Below, in pieces: positions 11,547 through 24,720 of a stretch of 64,000 nt of DNA (position 1 is its first letter; each line of letters begins with the position of its first letter). The position numbers and the translations under genes are program-made. Source of the DNA: Geosiphon pyriformis uo1 (Eukaryota; Fungi; Glomeromycota); NCBI GenBank assembly GCA_016748015.1, contig JAAOMT010000479.1, positions 337,824 through 401,823 on the forward strand, read 5' to 3'. The notes under the pieces were generated by a model. It was not told where the DNA came from, ran no database searches, and saw only the letters and a list, made by a program, of their open reading frames with translations.

Positions 11547-12962
11547 NNNNNNNNNNNNNNNNNNNNAGTAAAAGAGCTAATTAAGCTCCAAAAATTAGCA
11601 AAACACTATTTCATCCAAAATCACATACTTTATTACCGGAATCGACAAAATCCAGATAATCTATTAAGAGTTATAACCATGGATGAAAAAAAAACTATCT
11701 TATTTAACATGCACTCAGATATTCATTCAGGCCACTTTGGAAAAACAGCAACCATCCAACGTGCAACTAGCCGTTACTATTGGCCAAAAATGAGTTCAGA
11801 CATAATCCAATACATAAAAAATTGTGACCCATGCCAACGAAGAGAAGGAGCAAAAACAATGGAATTATTAAGACCAATAAAAGTTGGACAGCCATTTAAC
11901 AGAATTGGAATTGATTTAGTTGGACCCTTACCAATAACAACAAGAAACAACCATTATATTGCAGTAACCATAGACTATTTCACCAAATGGCCAGAAGCTA
12001 GAGCTATTAAAACAGCTGATGTTATTTCCGTAGCTCAATTCGTACATGAAGACTTAATTTGCCAACATGGATGTCCACAAGAATTGCTATCAGATCAAGG
12101 CACACATTTCGTAAACAGCACCTTAAAAGAACTTAGCCAAAAATTTGGAATTAAGCGACCACTGTCATCACCATACCACCCTCAAACAAATGGATTAGTT
12201 GAAAGATTTAATTGCACATAATGCGAATCACTGGCAAAAATTAGTAATGAACATAAAAAAAAATGGGATTTGTTCATACCAGCAGTACTATTAGCATATA
12301 GAACAGTAAAACAAGATACTACACAATTCACACTGTTTGAACTAGTTTATGGAAAAAAAGCCACATTACCCATTGAACTTACTATCCCAACTTATCCAAG
12401 TGATACTATCACGGAAGCAACATTTCAGAAAACACTACTTAGAAAAACATACGAATTAATGGGAACTTTAAAAAACAAAAGAAGAAAAGCAGCACAAAAT
12501 ATTGAACAATCACAAAAACAACAAAAAGTGAGACATGATAACCAGTTACCAGATAATATAATTAGCTACAAAATTGGAGATAAAGTATTATTGCATCGTA
12601 CAAAAATGGAAAAACAGTGGAGTGGAAAATTTGATCACAAGTGGGATGGACCATTTTATATTCACGAAATACTTGGAAATGGAGCATATAAGCTAAAACT
12701 AGATGATAAAATATTAAGAAAAGCAGCACATGGTAACTGGCTGAAATTCTATTACAGTAAACCAGTAATAACAACAAAAACACCCAGAATTGGAACACAA
12801 TTACCTTTAATTCTACCAGAACAAATTCCACGAGATTTAGAACCAATAGTTTTAATTGAACATTATTCGAAAAAATAATTAATCTTAGATCACAGCAAAA
12901 ATGATTTAACAATCATAAAAACGCATGCAAAAGATTCCAAAATAACAATCAAAATTAAAACA

Positions 12963-13044
12963 ATGATACTTATTCCAGAAAACATCAACAATATAACTCA
13001 ACAATTAGTTGAAAGCTTACAACAATTAAAATCCGATCTAGAAA
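12963..13044 (+). CDS. Gypsy B ORF3 (unknown function), truncated by the N gap; longer copy at 11317-11546
   Basis: MILIPENINNITQQLVESLQQ.. resembles the ORF3 N-termini of A, C and D. Confidence 0.6.
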
Positions 13045-13064
13045 NNNNNNNNNNNNNNNNNNNN

Positions 13065-13449
13065 CAACTGAATTCCTTGGAAGAATAATCCTTGATCAAG
13101 ATTATTCATGTTGTTACTAATTGATAAAAGCTTTATTGTGAGAATTAGAAAAGCGCTAAAGACCATTAACATTCTGTGTTTCTAGATTAGAGAAACACAT
13201 CAGGCAATTGCAAGGATAGTCTCAGAGAAGACTCCAGACAGTGGGTAGATTTCAGTTCAGCCTCTGAAAAGGAGTACATAAACACACACAACAATCAAGA
13301 ATTAAAGAATAACTTACATCACAACAGTAAAAAGAAAGCCTTCAGTGTAACAGTAACATTATTACACAAATAGAATTGAGAAACTCACGAAAGACTGATT
13401 GCAATTAAAGCGGGATATCAGCAATTAAATATAACAAGAAAACCATCCA
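13065..13449 (+). repeat. 3' LTR of Gypsy B (5' part lost in the N gap; terminal 6-bp deletion)
   Basis: Matches ~4710-5089. Confidence 0.9.
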
Positions 13450-13453
13450 TCAC

Positions 13454-16400
13454 CCATGCCTTATTGAATGCTTTGGAAGACTAAAACGAGTAAGAAAATA
13501 GAATAATAAGCTATGCTTGGCTTGTGGAGAAACTTTTCTCGACAAAGAAATGTAGAATAAAATTCCTGGAAAAAATAGAACATGCGATGAATCATGTCAG
13601 TACATGATTCTCATAAGCAACTGGATAAGAAAAAAAATGTCTATAGATACTGCCTAGAGATGAACAATCAAATGCTTAGACAGTTGTCCACATGATGATG
13701 ACAAAATTTGGTGAATGGCTCTCACAAAAATTGAAGAAGTGTTACCAAAAGAAATAAGAATGATCAAAAATAACCCACAAGAATCCATAAAGCTCAACTG
13801 GAATCCAGAACCAGCCATAAATCTTTTGAACTCAGAATAATTCTATGAACACTACCAAGAGCTAGCACCCACAAGAGAAGAGCAGAAGCAATGCTTAGAA
13901 GAAATCAACACTCAATTATGTGACCACTATTTGATTCTATGTGACTTTCAATATTGCAATAAGTGTAACCTCATTTACAATCTACCAACATGCATGATCT
14001 ACATGATCTTAGAAGAGAAAAAACCAATTAGCAGCTGTACATTGGAATTGAAATCAGATTTTGATCCCAATTCAAACTTCGACAATAATGATGACAAAAA
14101 CAATAGTTCCAGCTTTGCTCAATATGACAACAAAATTAATAACAATTTAGACTCCAATTTAAACTCTGAAATATATATCGCACTTCCCAATCTTTCTAAG
14201 GAACAAGAATTCAGATAGTATAGTAACAACAATAAAGACATTATGCCAGAACATGTGCATGATACAGATGCAGAGTTTGATCTGAAATATCCAGGGAAAG
14301 ATTTCATCAAACTAGAACCCCATTTGCACACTTGCATTGATCTCAAAATAGTACTGGAAATTCCAGCAATAACAATAGTATAGTTAACATCTAAGAGTAG
14401 CTTAGCAAAAAAGGGAATCAACATTAGGAGAGAAATAATTGATGCAGAATACATAGGAAATATTATTGCTATGTTACAAAATAACTTGAAAAAGACATAT
14501 ATTATAGATTCAAACAAAAAAATAGCACAAGCAATATTCCTATCTCTGGTAAAAATAGCTCAATTAGTATTAGTGGGAAACAGAAAAAAATTAGGAATTA
14601 CAGCTAGAGGGATACAGAGATTTGGATCAACAAGTAGAATAGATATACCAGTTAATATGACAGAAAAAGAAATTGTTGACAAGGGAGAAATTATTTCCAC
14701 CCATCAATCAATTTTCATTCCACCATATAATCAGTACATGGTAATTATAGAGAGAAAAGTGAAGGATCAGGTTCAAATTTTTGAGACAGAAACAACACTT
14801 TGTAAATCAGGAGAAATTAGATTAGTCCATTTACACATACCAGCCAAGAACCATGGTCACATAAAAATTCTTATCTACAACAACACAGGAAATGTCATCA
14901 GGATACCAGAAAGAACAACCATTGGATACTTAACCACCAAAATTGAAAACCAACTGCCAGACATCATTTTAGACTTTCCACAACTTTGCAAATATGTGGA
15001 TATTACATCACAAACAATCTATGGACAAGAAAAATGTTATCTGCTCCAACCAGAACAATTGAAACAAATAAACTTGGGAAATCTAGACTCACTACAATAT
15101 ATGCAGCTTAAGATGTTACTTAACAATTTCAATGACATCTTTGCCAGCAAAAACAATTTAGCAGAACCAACATAATCTAGCACCAGATCAAGACTAGAGA
15201 TACAATGCCAATTAAACAAAGAGCATACTGGATACCACCAGCCAGCCATAAAATCATTTGTCAAGAAATCAACTGGATGCTTGACAATAGATTAATTCAA
15301 CCATCAATAAGTCCATGGTTGTTATCAGTAATACTAGTTCATAAGAAGAATGGAAAAATCTATTTTTGTGTAAATTACAGAAAACTGAATAGAGTAACCA
15401 AAAGAGATAGTTACCTAATGCCAAAGATTCAAGAACTGTTCAATGCTTTTGGAGGAAAGAAATGTTTTCAATGTTAGACTTAAACAGCGATTACTGGCAA
15501 ATAGCCATAAAACCAGAAGACAAAAAGAAAATGGCTTTTACAACTTGAGAAGGAAACTTTAAATTTGAAGTAATGCCATTTGGCTTAATAAATGCTTCAG
15601 CCACTTTTCAGTGACTTATAGAAATTGTTTATATTGGACTACTATGGAAATCAGTAATTATATACTTGGATAACACCAACATGTTCTCAAAAACATTTGA
15701 TGATCATCTGCATTATCTCCAACAAGTGTTTGAAAGACTAAGAAGAGCCGGATTAAAGCTAAATACAACCAAATGTTTCTTTGGGAAAACTGAACTCAAG
15801 TTTTTGGGACATGTTGTGAGCAAAATCAAAATCAAAATGGATCCAGACAAGATTGAGATTGTCAAAAACTTTCCAGTACCAAATAATCTCACAGAATTAA
15901 GAGCATTCTTGGGATTTGTTGGATACTACTGCCACTTTATTAAGAACTTTTCCAAAATAGCTCAACCACTACACCAACTTCAAACAAAGAACACTAAATA
16001 TGAATGGACAGAAATTCAACAAGAAGCTTTTGAGACATTAAAAAAAAAGCTTATTCAAGCTTCAGTATTAATCTATTCAGATCATAGCAAGTTATTCATA
16101 ATTACAACTGATGCATTTGGTCAAGCATTGGGAGCAGTATTATCTCAGAAAGAACTGGACAGATGAGAACATCCAGTAGCATATGCCAGTAGAAGCTTAA
16201 GTCTAGCAGAAAAAAACTATAGAACTCCAGCATTGGAACACTTAGCTATCTATTAGGCTATTATTAAATAGAAAGAATATTTGAGCCAAAAGTTTGATGT
16301 GTATACTGATTACAAAGAATTAACTTCAATTCAAAAGCAAGAATTTGAAGATGACTGCCATGCCAGATGAAAAATAGAACTTGCACCATTTAATTATACA

Positions 16401-17890
16401 GTACATTATAAAAAAGAAAAAGAAAACGGAAATGCTGATGAACTGTCACAAATAAGACAAATCTAAAAACATTTCAACCCAAAAATATAACAAAAAATGA
16501 ATATACAAAAATACTAACAGCTTTAACATTATATAAATACTCAATTGTTCAAGGAGAAATTATTTCAAAAAAAACAAAACAACATAAAACAACAATCAAA
16601 ACATTTATCAACCACCAAAATATACTTTACCAGAAAAACAGAAAAAATCCAAATCAACTAACCAGAGTAATCACAGAACCAAAAAAAAAGACAATATTAT
16701 TTAACATGCATTCAGATCCAACAGCAGAACATTTTCATAAAAAAGCAATCATAAAAAAAACCAGAAAGAGATACTATTGGCCATCAATGTATCCAGATAT
16801 TAGCCAATATGTTCAGAATTGTGATACTTGTAAGAGAAGAAAAAGAACAAAATCCAGTGAACTATTGAGACCAATCAAAGTGAGACAACCATTCGATTAT
16901 ATTGGAATTGACTTAGTTGAACCATTAACAATTACCAACAGAGACAACAGATATATTGCAGTAGCCATAGATTATTTCATAAAATAGCCAGAAGCAAAAG
17001 CCATTCAAAGAGCAAATACAGAATTCATTGCCAAATTCGTTTATCAAAACTTGATTTGTTGACACAGATGTTCAAAAAAATTGTTATTGAATCAAGGAAC
17101 TTACTTTGTGAATAGAACATTAACAAAACTGAATCAAAGATTTGGGATAAAAAGATCATTATTATTACCATATCATTCACAAACAAATGGGCTAGTTGAA
17201 AGATTCAACAAAACATTGTGTAAAGCCATTGCCAAAATCAGCCAAAAAAACCAAGATGAATGGGACTTGATTATATCATTAGTATTATTTGCTTATCAGA
17301 CAATGAAACAAGACACTATACAAGCAACACTATTCAAATTAGTATACAGTAGAATGGCAACTCTACCAGTTGAAATAGAAGTCAAAACATATCCAACAAA
17401 ACCAATAACAGAAAAGAATTTTCAAAGAACATTGTTGAGAAGAACATATGACTTAATGGAGACATTAGAAAACACACAGCAAAGAGCAGCTAATAACATC
17501 CATAGGTCACAAGAAAGACAAAAAGAAAGACATAATAACCAATTACCAGAAAAACCAGTTGAATTCAAGATTGGAGACAAAGTACTTCTATATCATACCA
17601 AAGCAGAAAAACAATGGAGTGGAAAATTTGACTCCAAATAAGACAGACCATTTCACATAGAAAAAATTCTTGGAAATAGAGCTTATAAATTAAGATTGAA
17701 CAACAAAATCTTAATCAAAGCAGCACATGGTAATTAACTGAAACAATATTACCATATATCATCATTATCTACCAGTAATATTCTACAATTAGAAGTACAA
17801 CAAATACTAGTCCAACCAGATAAAATTCCACAAGATCTAGAACCAATAATAATTATTGAACCAAACACGTCAAATTGAACAAAATAAAGA
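13454..17890 (+). pseudogene. Gypsy A pol remainder (Cys-rich, dUTPase, RT, RNase H, stop 16466) and separate integrase (ATG 16497)
   Basis: HDTDAEFDL, KKIAQAIF, RGIQRFGST; MPFGL, YLDN; TTDAF; HSDPTAEHF, GIDLVE, NGLVERFN. Confidence 0.9.
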
Positions 17891-17932
17891 ATATAAACAG
17901 ACATAGTAGACATGATAAAAGACATCAGAAAA

Positions 17933-18563
17933 ATGGAAATTACTGACAATATTCACTCACTAGCACAACAACTCTTTCAATTAATTTAACAATGGGATAT
18001 GGAAATTACCATCAACCAACAAACCATTAGATACAAAGATACCAGGAAAATACCTCAATACAAAGTACAGAAAAAAGCAGAAAATGCTGTTGACAAAATA
18101 ATTTTGAAAGTAAAATTGGCAATAGAAGAGCCAACAAGTGTTACCACATATTAAGAAGTGACTAAAGAAACTTGGATGTAGTGGATACAACAATTTTCAA
18201 AAAACTTTTGTTACTTTCACTTAGAAACAACATCTGAATATTCAAAACTTATATACAAATAAAACAAAATGATTATTCGATACAATAATACTATAACAAC
18301 TTAAGAAATTTGTGGGAAAGAACAATTTAACAACACAAGCAAAAGCCATCTATTGATTGTATGCTGGATTTCAAGACCAACCAGAAATCTTACTTAATCT
18401 GGTAATAAACAACATCATTATTAACCAGATGGAAAGAATAACAAATGCCCAATTCAAAGAGTTACAGAACAAGATAACACAAATAATTCTTAAAAAAAAA
18501 GTTCAAGAAATACTCAACAACAGAGAACTAGAATTAAGAGATCTCAATGAAACTTAATATTAA
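17933..18563 (+). pseudogene. Gypsy A ORF3 (env-position ORF, unknown function)
   Basis: MEITDNIHSLAQQLF...KAIY*LYAGF..QMERITNAQFKEL; stop codon abuts the PPT. Confidence 0.7.
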
Positions 18564-18576
18564 AAAGAAAAGATAA

Positions 18577-19418
18577 TGTTACTCATAAAATATAGGAAGT
18601 ATATTAGCACATAAATTAGCTAATTAGAAGTAGCCATAATAAATGTGAAATTCCAGAATTCTTCTCAAGAGAAATTGCAGGATTTCAGAAATTTCAGGAT
18701 TCTTGTACAAGGAATTGTAGGATTCCAGAATTCCAGAATTCCTCTCAAAGGAATTGCAGGATTCCAAGAATTCCAGAATTTTTGGTGTGAAAAATTAAGG
18801 AATTGAGAAATCTCAATTATGTATATATAGCAATAGTGTTAGAAGTAGAAAAGACAGACCTCTCAGTTTAGATTTGATCTAAGCAATCTTCCACATCACA
18901 AATAAATAATTATTTACTATCTTAATCTACTCTTTACTATCAATATAAAGTGTTGATAGTAATTAATACTTAACCACACTGGAACAATAACTCTTGATTA
19001 TGGCTATTGACGGGATACTAATTTGCAATTGCTGTTACTTATTTCTTTATTTTCTTTATTTTTTTTTATTTCTTTTATTATTTTTTTGATTTTACTAAAT
19101 TGATTAAGAATTAAGTGCTGAGATACAAACGTTATAAGAACTGGTAAAAGATCTGTAAAACAAGAGTAAAACACTTATAGATTTGAGAATAGCTTACCAG
19201 GAGAATTACCAGCCACCACACTGAAAAAGAAATTTGATAGAATTGTGATTCCGGAAGACTACTAAAACAACTATTGAATCTCTGTTTATTATACAAAGAA
19301 CTCCACAATCAAACCTTCAGATCAATAAAACCTTCAAATACCAATGCTAGAATATCAATTAAGTACCAAGTTACAGGTTTGTTATTTGATTTAAAACCCC
19401 AAATAATCACCTGTAACA
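18577..19418 (+). repeat. 3' LTR of Gypsy A
   Basis: Preceded by PPT AAAAAGAAAAGATAA; colinear with 187-1029. Confidence 0.95.
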
Positions 19419-22400
19419 ATGCACTTCAATATCAAGCTTTTGTCAAAAACAATTGGCTTCTTAAAGCCAATGTAAACTTAGATTAGAAAACACAAGAATT
19501 AAAGATTTTATACTAAGAACAATATATTTGAGTATTTGCTATATATGATATTTTTAACAAATAATCTAAAAAAACCCCAGTGTTCAAATTTGAAGAAGAA
19601 AAAAAAATGCCAATTACTGAAACATACATGGCTCTTGAATTAACATTCAATTGGGCTGAAGAAACAGAACAAGAAATCTTTAAAGAAACTAAAGAATAAA
19701 ATATTGTTTAATATTCTATACCAGAATCATGAAAACAACTATCTTATACCTTACTTAAATATAAAGACTACAACAAAAAGCTTTTGTTAATAGAAGCATG
19801 CATATTTTCAAAAGAGGAATATAAAACACATACCTGTTATTTTTGCAAAACATACTATAAAGAATGATTCAGATACCTCAAATAAAATAAAAAATAGGAC
19901 AACACTCTTTGTTTTACATATGGAAAAATACTATCAGAAGAATACAACTGGATTAATGTTGCAATAAAAAAGGAGTTTGTAATTAAATCTGTCAATATGT
20001 ACTTTCAATTGTGAAAAAAATAAAAAAAGAAACTCTTTTTGATGCAGCATATAATAATGCTCTTAATAAACTTTACTATTACTTACACAATGCTAAAATA
20101 ATCTATGAATTAGCCATAATTTTAATCAATAAGAGAACCCAAAAAAATATAAATCAAATAAAAGAAGCAGAATATATTAAATATACAATAGAATTAGCTG
20201 AATTTGATTACAAAGACAAAGTAGAAATATACTACCAAATTACAAGTCATGCTTATCTGATCAAAAAAGCTTAAATTCAACAATTAAAGCAAATAAACAT
20301 TTAACTATACAAAGAATATACCATGCCTTGTAATGACCAATGATATCCAAAATGCTATACAATTAATATTTACTTGCTTAGTGAAAATAATAAATACAAA
20401 ATTGATTTTAGAAAACCTAAACCAAAAGAAAAAATTGCAACAATCCTGATCTATTTTATTAAAAATCAGTCTGCCATACAACTTTAATACTTTGACAACA
20501 ATAGACAAGAAATAAAATCCAAAAAAGTCCATAAAATAGATACTAAATATAATATATAATACTCAGAGAAAAACACTTTGGTTTTTTAATCAAAATCTCT
20601 AATAAAAATCAACCTAAAAATTGTTCTCAAAATTTTACTAAGAACAATGATTCAAATTGCATTCCAATTATTATTGGCAAGCAAAAGAATTAACATTAGA
20701 GAAAAAATCATAGATACAAGATATACTGGAGATATTATAATTTTGTTACAAAATAAAACTAATAAATCATTTAAAATTGAGCATGCTAAAAAAATTGTTC
20801 AAGCAATTTATCTATTCTTAATCAATATTTCAGGTTTATAATCAGTTAACAACAGAGAACAATTAGAAAAAAGTGAAAAAAAAACCCAAAGTTTTGATTT
20901 AACTTGATGATTTATAGTTCCAGTAAACATAGCTTTTAATGTATAAAATAAATTTTACCAGATTTTTCAACTTTTTCAATCAATTACTATTTTACTTTTT
21001 AAAGAATATTACAAAATCTACACTTGCTCAAAGCTTACTACCATTCAACAAATCTTTGAGTCAAATAAACAAATCTGTTTAAAGCATGAAATTTTAATCC
21101 TAAATGTTTATATTCCAAAAAGAATAAAAAAATTTCAAGTTATATTCTACAATCTTAACAACTACCTTATTATTTTATTAAATAAATTAGAAATTAGAAT
21201 CATATATAACAACATTTTTCAAGATAAAATCTTTCAGATTATCTCTAATTTTATTGAAATTGTGAAATATACTCTACTTTTAAATCCAAACATTACTCCT
21301 ATTATTAAAAACTACCATATTTTAAAAGAAAAACTTTCTCAAATCAACATGAGTTCCTTAGAACTCCAATAATAAAGACAATTAAAACAGTTAATTGTTA
21401 AATATGCTAATATATTTGCCAAAAATAATAATAATCTTGAAAAAACTAATATTATATAGTATTAGATCTATATAAGAAATATTCTACCAAAATATTAACA
21501 AGCCTACTAAGTTTTACCAGCTAACCACCAATTTATCAGAGAAAAAATTCAATAAATGCTTAATAATAGTCTTATCCAACTATTAAAAAGCTCTTGGGTC
21601 TTACTAATAGTCATTGTAAAAAAAATGGCAAAATCAGATTTTGTGTAGATTATTAATAATTAAATAGTATCACAATCAGGAATGCCTATTCACTACCAAG
21701 AATTAACAACATATTAAATGCTTTGAGAAAAACCAAGTTCTTTTCAACTTTAGACTTGAAAAGCAAATACTGGCAAGTTGAAATAGATTTTAAAGATTGT
21801 TCCAAAACAGCTTTTATTATTCAAGAAAAAAATTACAAGTTCAACATAATGTTTTTTAAACTTTGTAATATACTAACAATATTCCAAAGACTTATAAATG
21901 TTGTTTATAAAAAACTTTATGGCAATTAGTAATTGTTTACTTAGATAACACTAATATATACTTCCCAAGTTTTAAAGCTCATCTAATTTATCTAAAAAAA
22001 GTTTTTTAATGATTACAAAAAGCAAGATTAAAATTGAACATTAAAAAATATTACTTTGGAAAAACAAGTTTAATTTTTTTGAACATATTATCAGCAAAGA
22101 TAGAATTCAATTCAATTCAGAAATAATTAGTGCTGTTAAAAATTTCAAAGTTCTCCAAAATACTACAGAACTAAAAAAATTTGTAAAATTAGTCTTTTAT
22201 TATCAAAAGTTCATCAAAGAATTCTTTAAAATTGCTAAACTATTCAACCACCTAACCAACAAAGATGTAAAATATTAATAGACACAAGTTCAACAATAAA
22301 CATTTGACATTTTCAAAAAAAAACTTATCACAGCCCCAATTTTTGTCTATTCAGATTTCAGTAAAAAATTTCAGTTAACTATTAATGCTTCACATATAAC

Positions 22401-24720
22401 TTTTGGTGCTATTTTATTACAATTGGATAACAATAACAATAAACAAGTAATTGCCTATGCCAGTAAAACTTTCAAACCAACTGAACTCAAATATGAGTTT
22501 ACTAAATTGGAAGCAGCAGCTGTTATTTGGGCTCTAAAACATTTCCAGCAATATCTCTAAAATGAAATCCAATTTAACATTATTACAGATAATATTGGTC
22601 TCAAATGGCTCAACAAAAAAAACTCTGAACTTAATACCAAACAATCTTAATGGTCTGATTTCCTAGCAAACTACAAATATATTGTACACTATAAATTAGA
22701 CAAATTATATACAAATGTAGATAGTTTTTCTAAAATAAGACAAGATTAAATTCAATACTAATAAATTATCAACTCAATAATAGTCAACAAACAAAAATAG
22801 ATTCCAAAAACTACAATAATATTAAAAACTATTTGAAAACTCTTGAAATACCAGAAAACTGGTCTTTAATTAAAAAACACTGATTACAATACCAATTCAA
22901 ACAATATTTTCTGCACCATAACAAAATCTATTATTAAAACCACCAAAACCCAATAAATCTACTTAGATTAGTCCAACAAAATAAATAAAAAAACAATATT
23001 ATACAACATACACACAGATTTTTTATTAGGACATCTAAAAAGAGACAGCACAATATAAAAAACATTAAAACATTATTTTTGACTTCATATATACTAAAAC
23101 ATTTAACAATATATAGAATTATGTAATAGTTATTAAAGAAAAAAAAGAACTTGTTTCATTGAATCTTTAAATTCAATCAAAGTTGAACAACCTTTTAACA
23201 GAATAGGAATTGATTTATTTAGACCACTACTTATTACCACTCAAAGAAACCATTATATTGTAGTTGTTATAGACTACTTTACCAAATAATCTAAATCCAA
23301 AATCATCCAAAAAGCAGATACAAAATTGATAGCAAATTTTATCTATAAAAACATTATTTGTAGACATAAATACTTAATTGAATTTTTATTTAATTAAACA
23401 CATTTTGTGAACAACTTGATACAAAAAATTTGTAAATAATTCAATATTAAACAATTTTTATTATTACTATATTATCTATAAACAAACAGATTAATAGAAC
23501 ATTTCAACTAGACATTGTGTAAATTATTGGCCAAAGTCTCAACCAATTTTGAGCAGAAATAGGATATCTTTATTCTATTAGTATTACTAGTATACAGAAT
23601 ACTAAAACAAAATACTACAAAACACATATCCTTTAATCTAACCTATGAAAAAACAGCAATATTACCAATTAATTTCATTGTAAAACCATATTCTATGCAA
23701 TTAATTAATAAAAATATTTTCAGGAAACACTTTAATAAAGAGTCTATACTCTTTTTAGTACTTTAGAAAAAAATGACAAATAGCAGCTATTCATATTAAA
23801 TACTTATAAGCTTAACAAAAAGAATGGCATGACAATAAATTGCCACCAGTTATCAATAAATTTAAAATTGAAAACAAAGTTCTTTTACACAGAACTAAGA
23901 CTGAAAAACAATTGAGTAAAAAATTTGAACATAAATAGAACAAACTATTCTATATTTGTAAAATTCTAAGCAATAAATTATACAAGTTAAAACTTGATAA
24001 CAAAGTTTTAACAAAAGTTACACATAGGAATCAATTGAAACATTATTATTCCAAAAACAATCCTAAACTATTAATTTTACAAATTAGTACATATTTTCCT
24101 TTAATTAATCTTAAAGATATTCTCCAAAACTTAGAACCAATATTTATAATAAAACAATAACCAAACCTAAACATTTAATTTAACATTAAAAATACACAAA
24201 ACAAAAATAATAAATAATTACAAAAAAACCCAAAACCAAAAATATATAAAAACCCAATACCCAAAAATATTTTCATATTTTTTCTTTTCAAATTCTTTCA
24301 AAAAATTTAATTTTTAAATCTTTCAAATTTTATTTCACAAATTTATATTATTATGATTATTTCATAAAATATTTAACAAATATTCTAAAAATTAATATTA
24401 GTTTTGAAAACACTTTCTGACTTATTTATAACAATTAATAGAAGTCAAATTAATTACATTTAAAAAGAAACTACAATACCAATAGGAATTTTTTATCTTG
24501 TCAATCCCCTAATCACTACAAGAGTGAAAGAATTTTTTGAAGAAATTTCTTTACTTTATTCCTTTTCCTCTTGTTTATTTAAGTCATTTCTTCCAATAAT
24601 TCTTTTTTTGTCGTGATAGAACTGGTGGGTGTGTTTGCTGGTGGTTTTGGTTTGTTATCAACTGGGTCAGAGTCCTGTTCTGTCAATAAAGATGCCAAAA
24701 AAAAGGTGTGAGTTAATAGT

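Larger units (their letters stand above)
10910..12878 (+). pseudogene. Gypsy B integrase, a separate ORF with its own ATG (interrupted by the assembly artefact at 10988-11566 and a stop at 12219)
   Basis: MNNHLYKNL..PVKEL joins ..VKELIKLQK after the N gap; HHCC zinc finger, GIDLVG/SDQG/GLVERFN DDE core, GPF module. Confidence 0.9.
4234..13449 (+). mobile_element. Younger Ty3/Gypsy LTR retrotransposon B nested in A
   Basis: LTRs 4234-5089 and (partial) 13065-13449; TSD CCAC (4230-4233) / TCAC (13450-13453); removing B restores A's FYCHPCLIECFG. Confidence 0.93.
187..19418 (+). mobile_element. Degenerate full-length Ty3/Gypsy LTR retrotransposon A (dUTPase-bearing)
   Basis: Paired LTRs TGTTAC...GTAACA; 4-bp TSD ATGC at 183-186 and 19419-19422; PBS-like sequence after the 5' LTR; PPT before the 3' LTR; gag/PR/dUTPase/RT/RH/IN remnants with many stops. 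Confidence 0.95.

Noticed and set aside
11007-13044. Apparent biological tandem duplication of the integrase tail
   Set aside because: It begins at an exact Nextera adapter and ends in an N gap, so it is an artefact.
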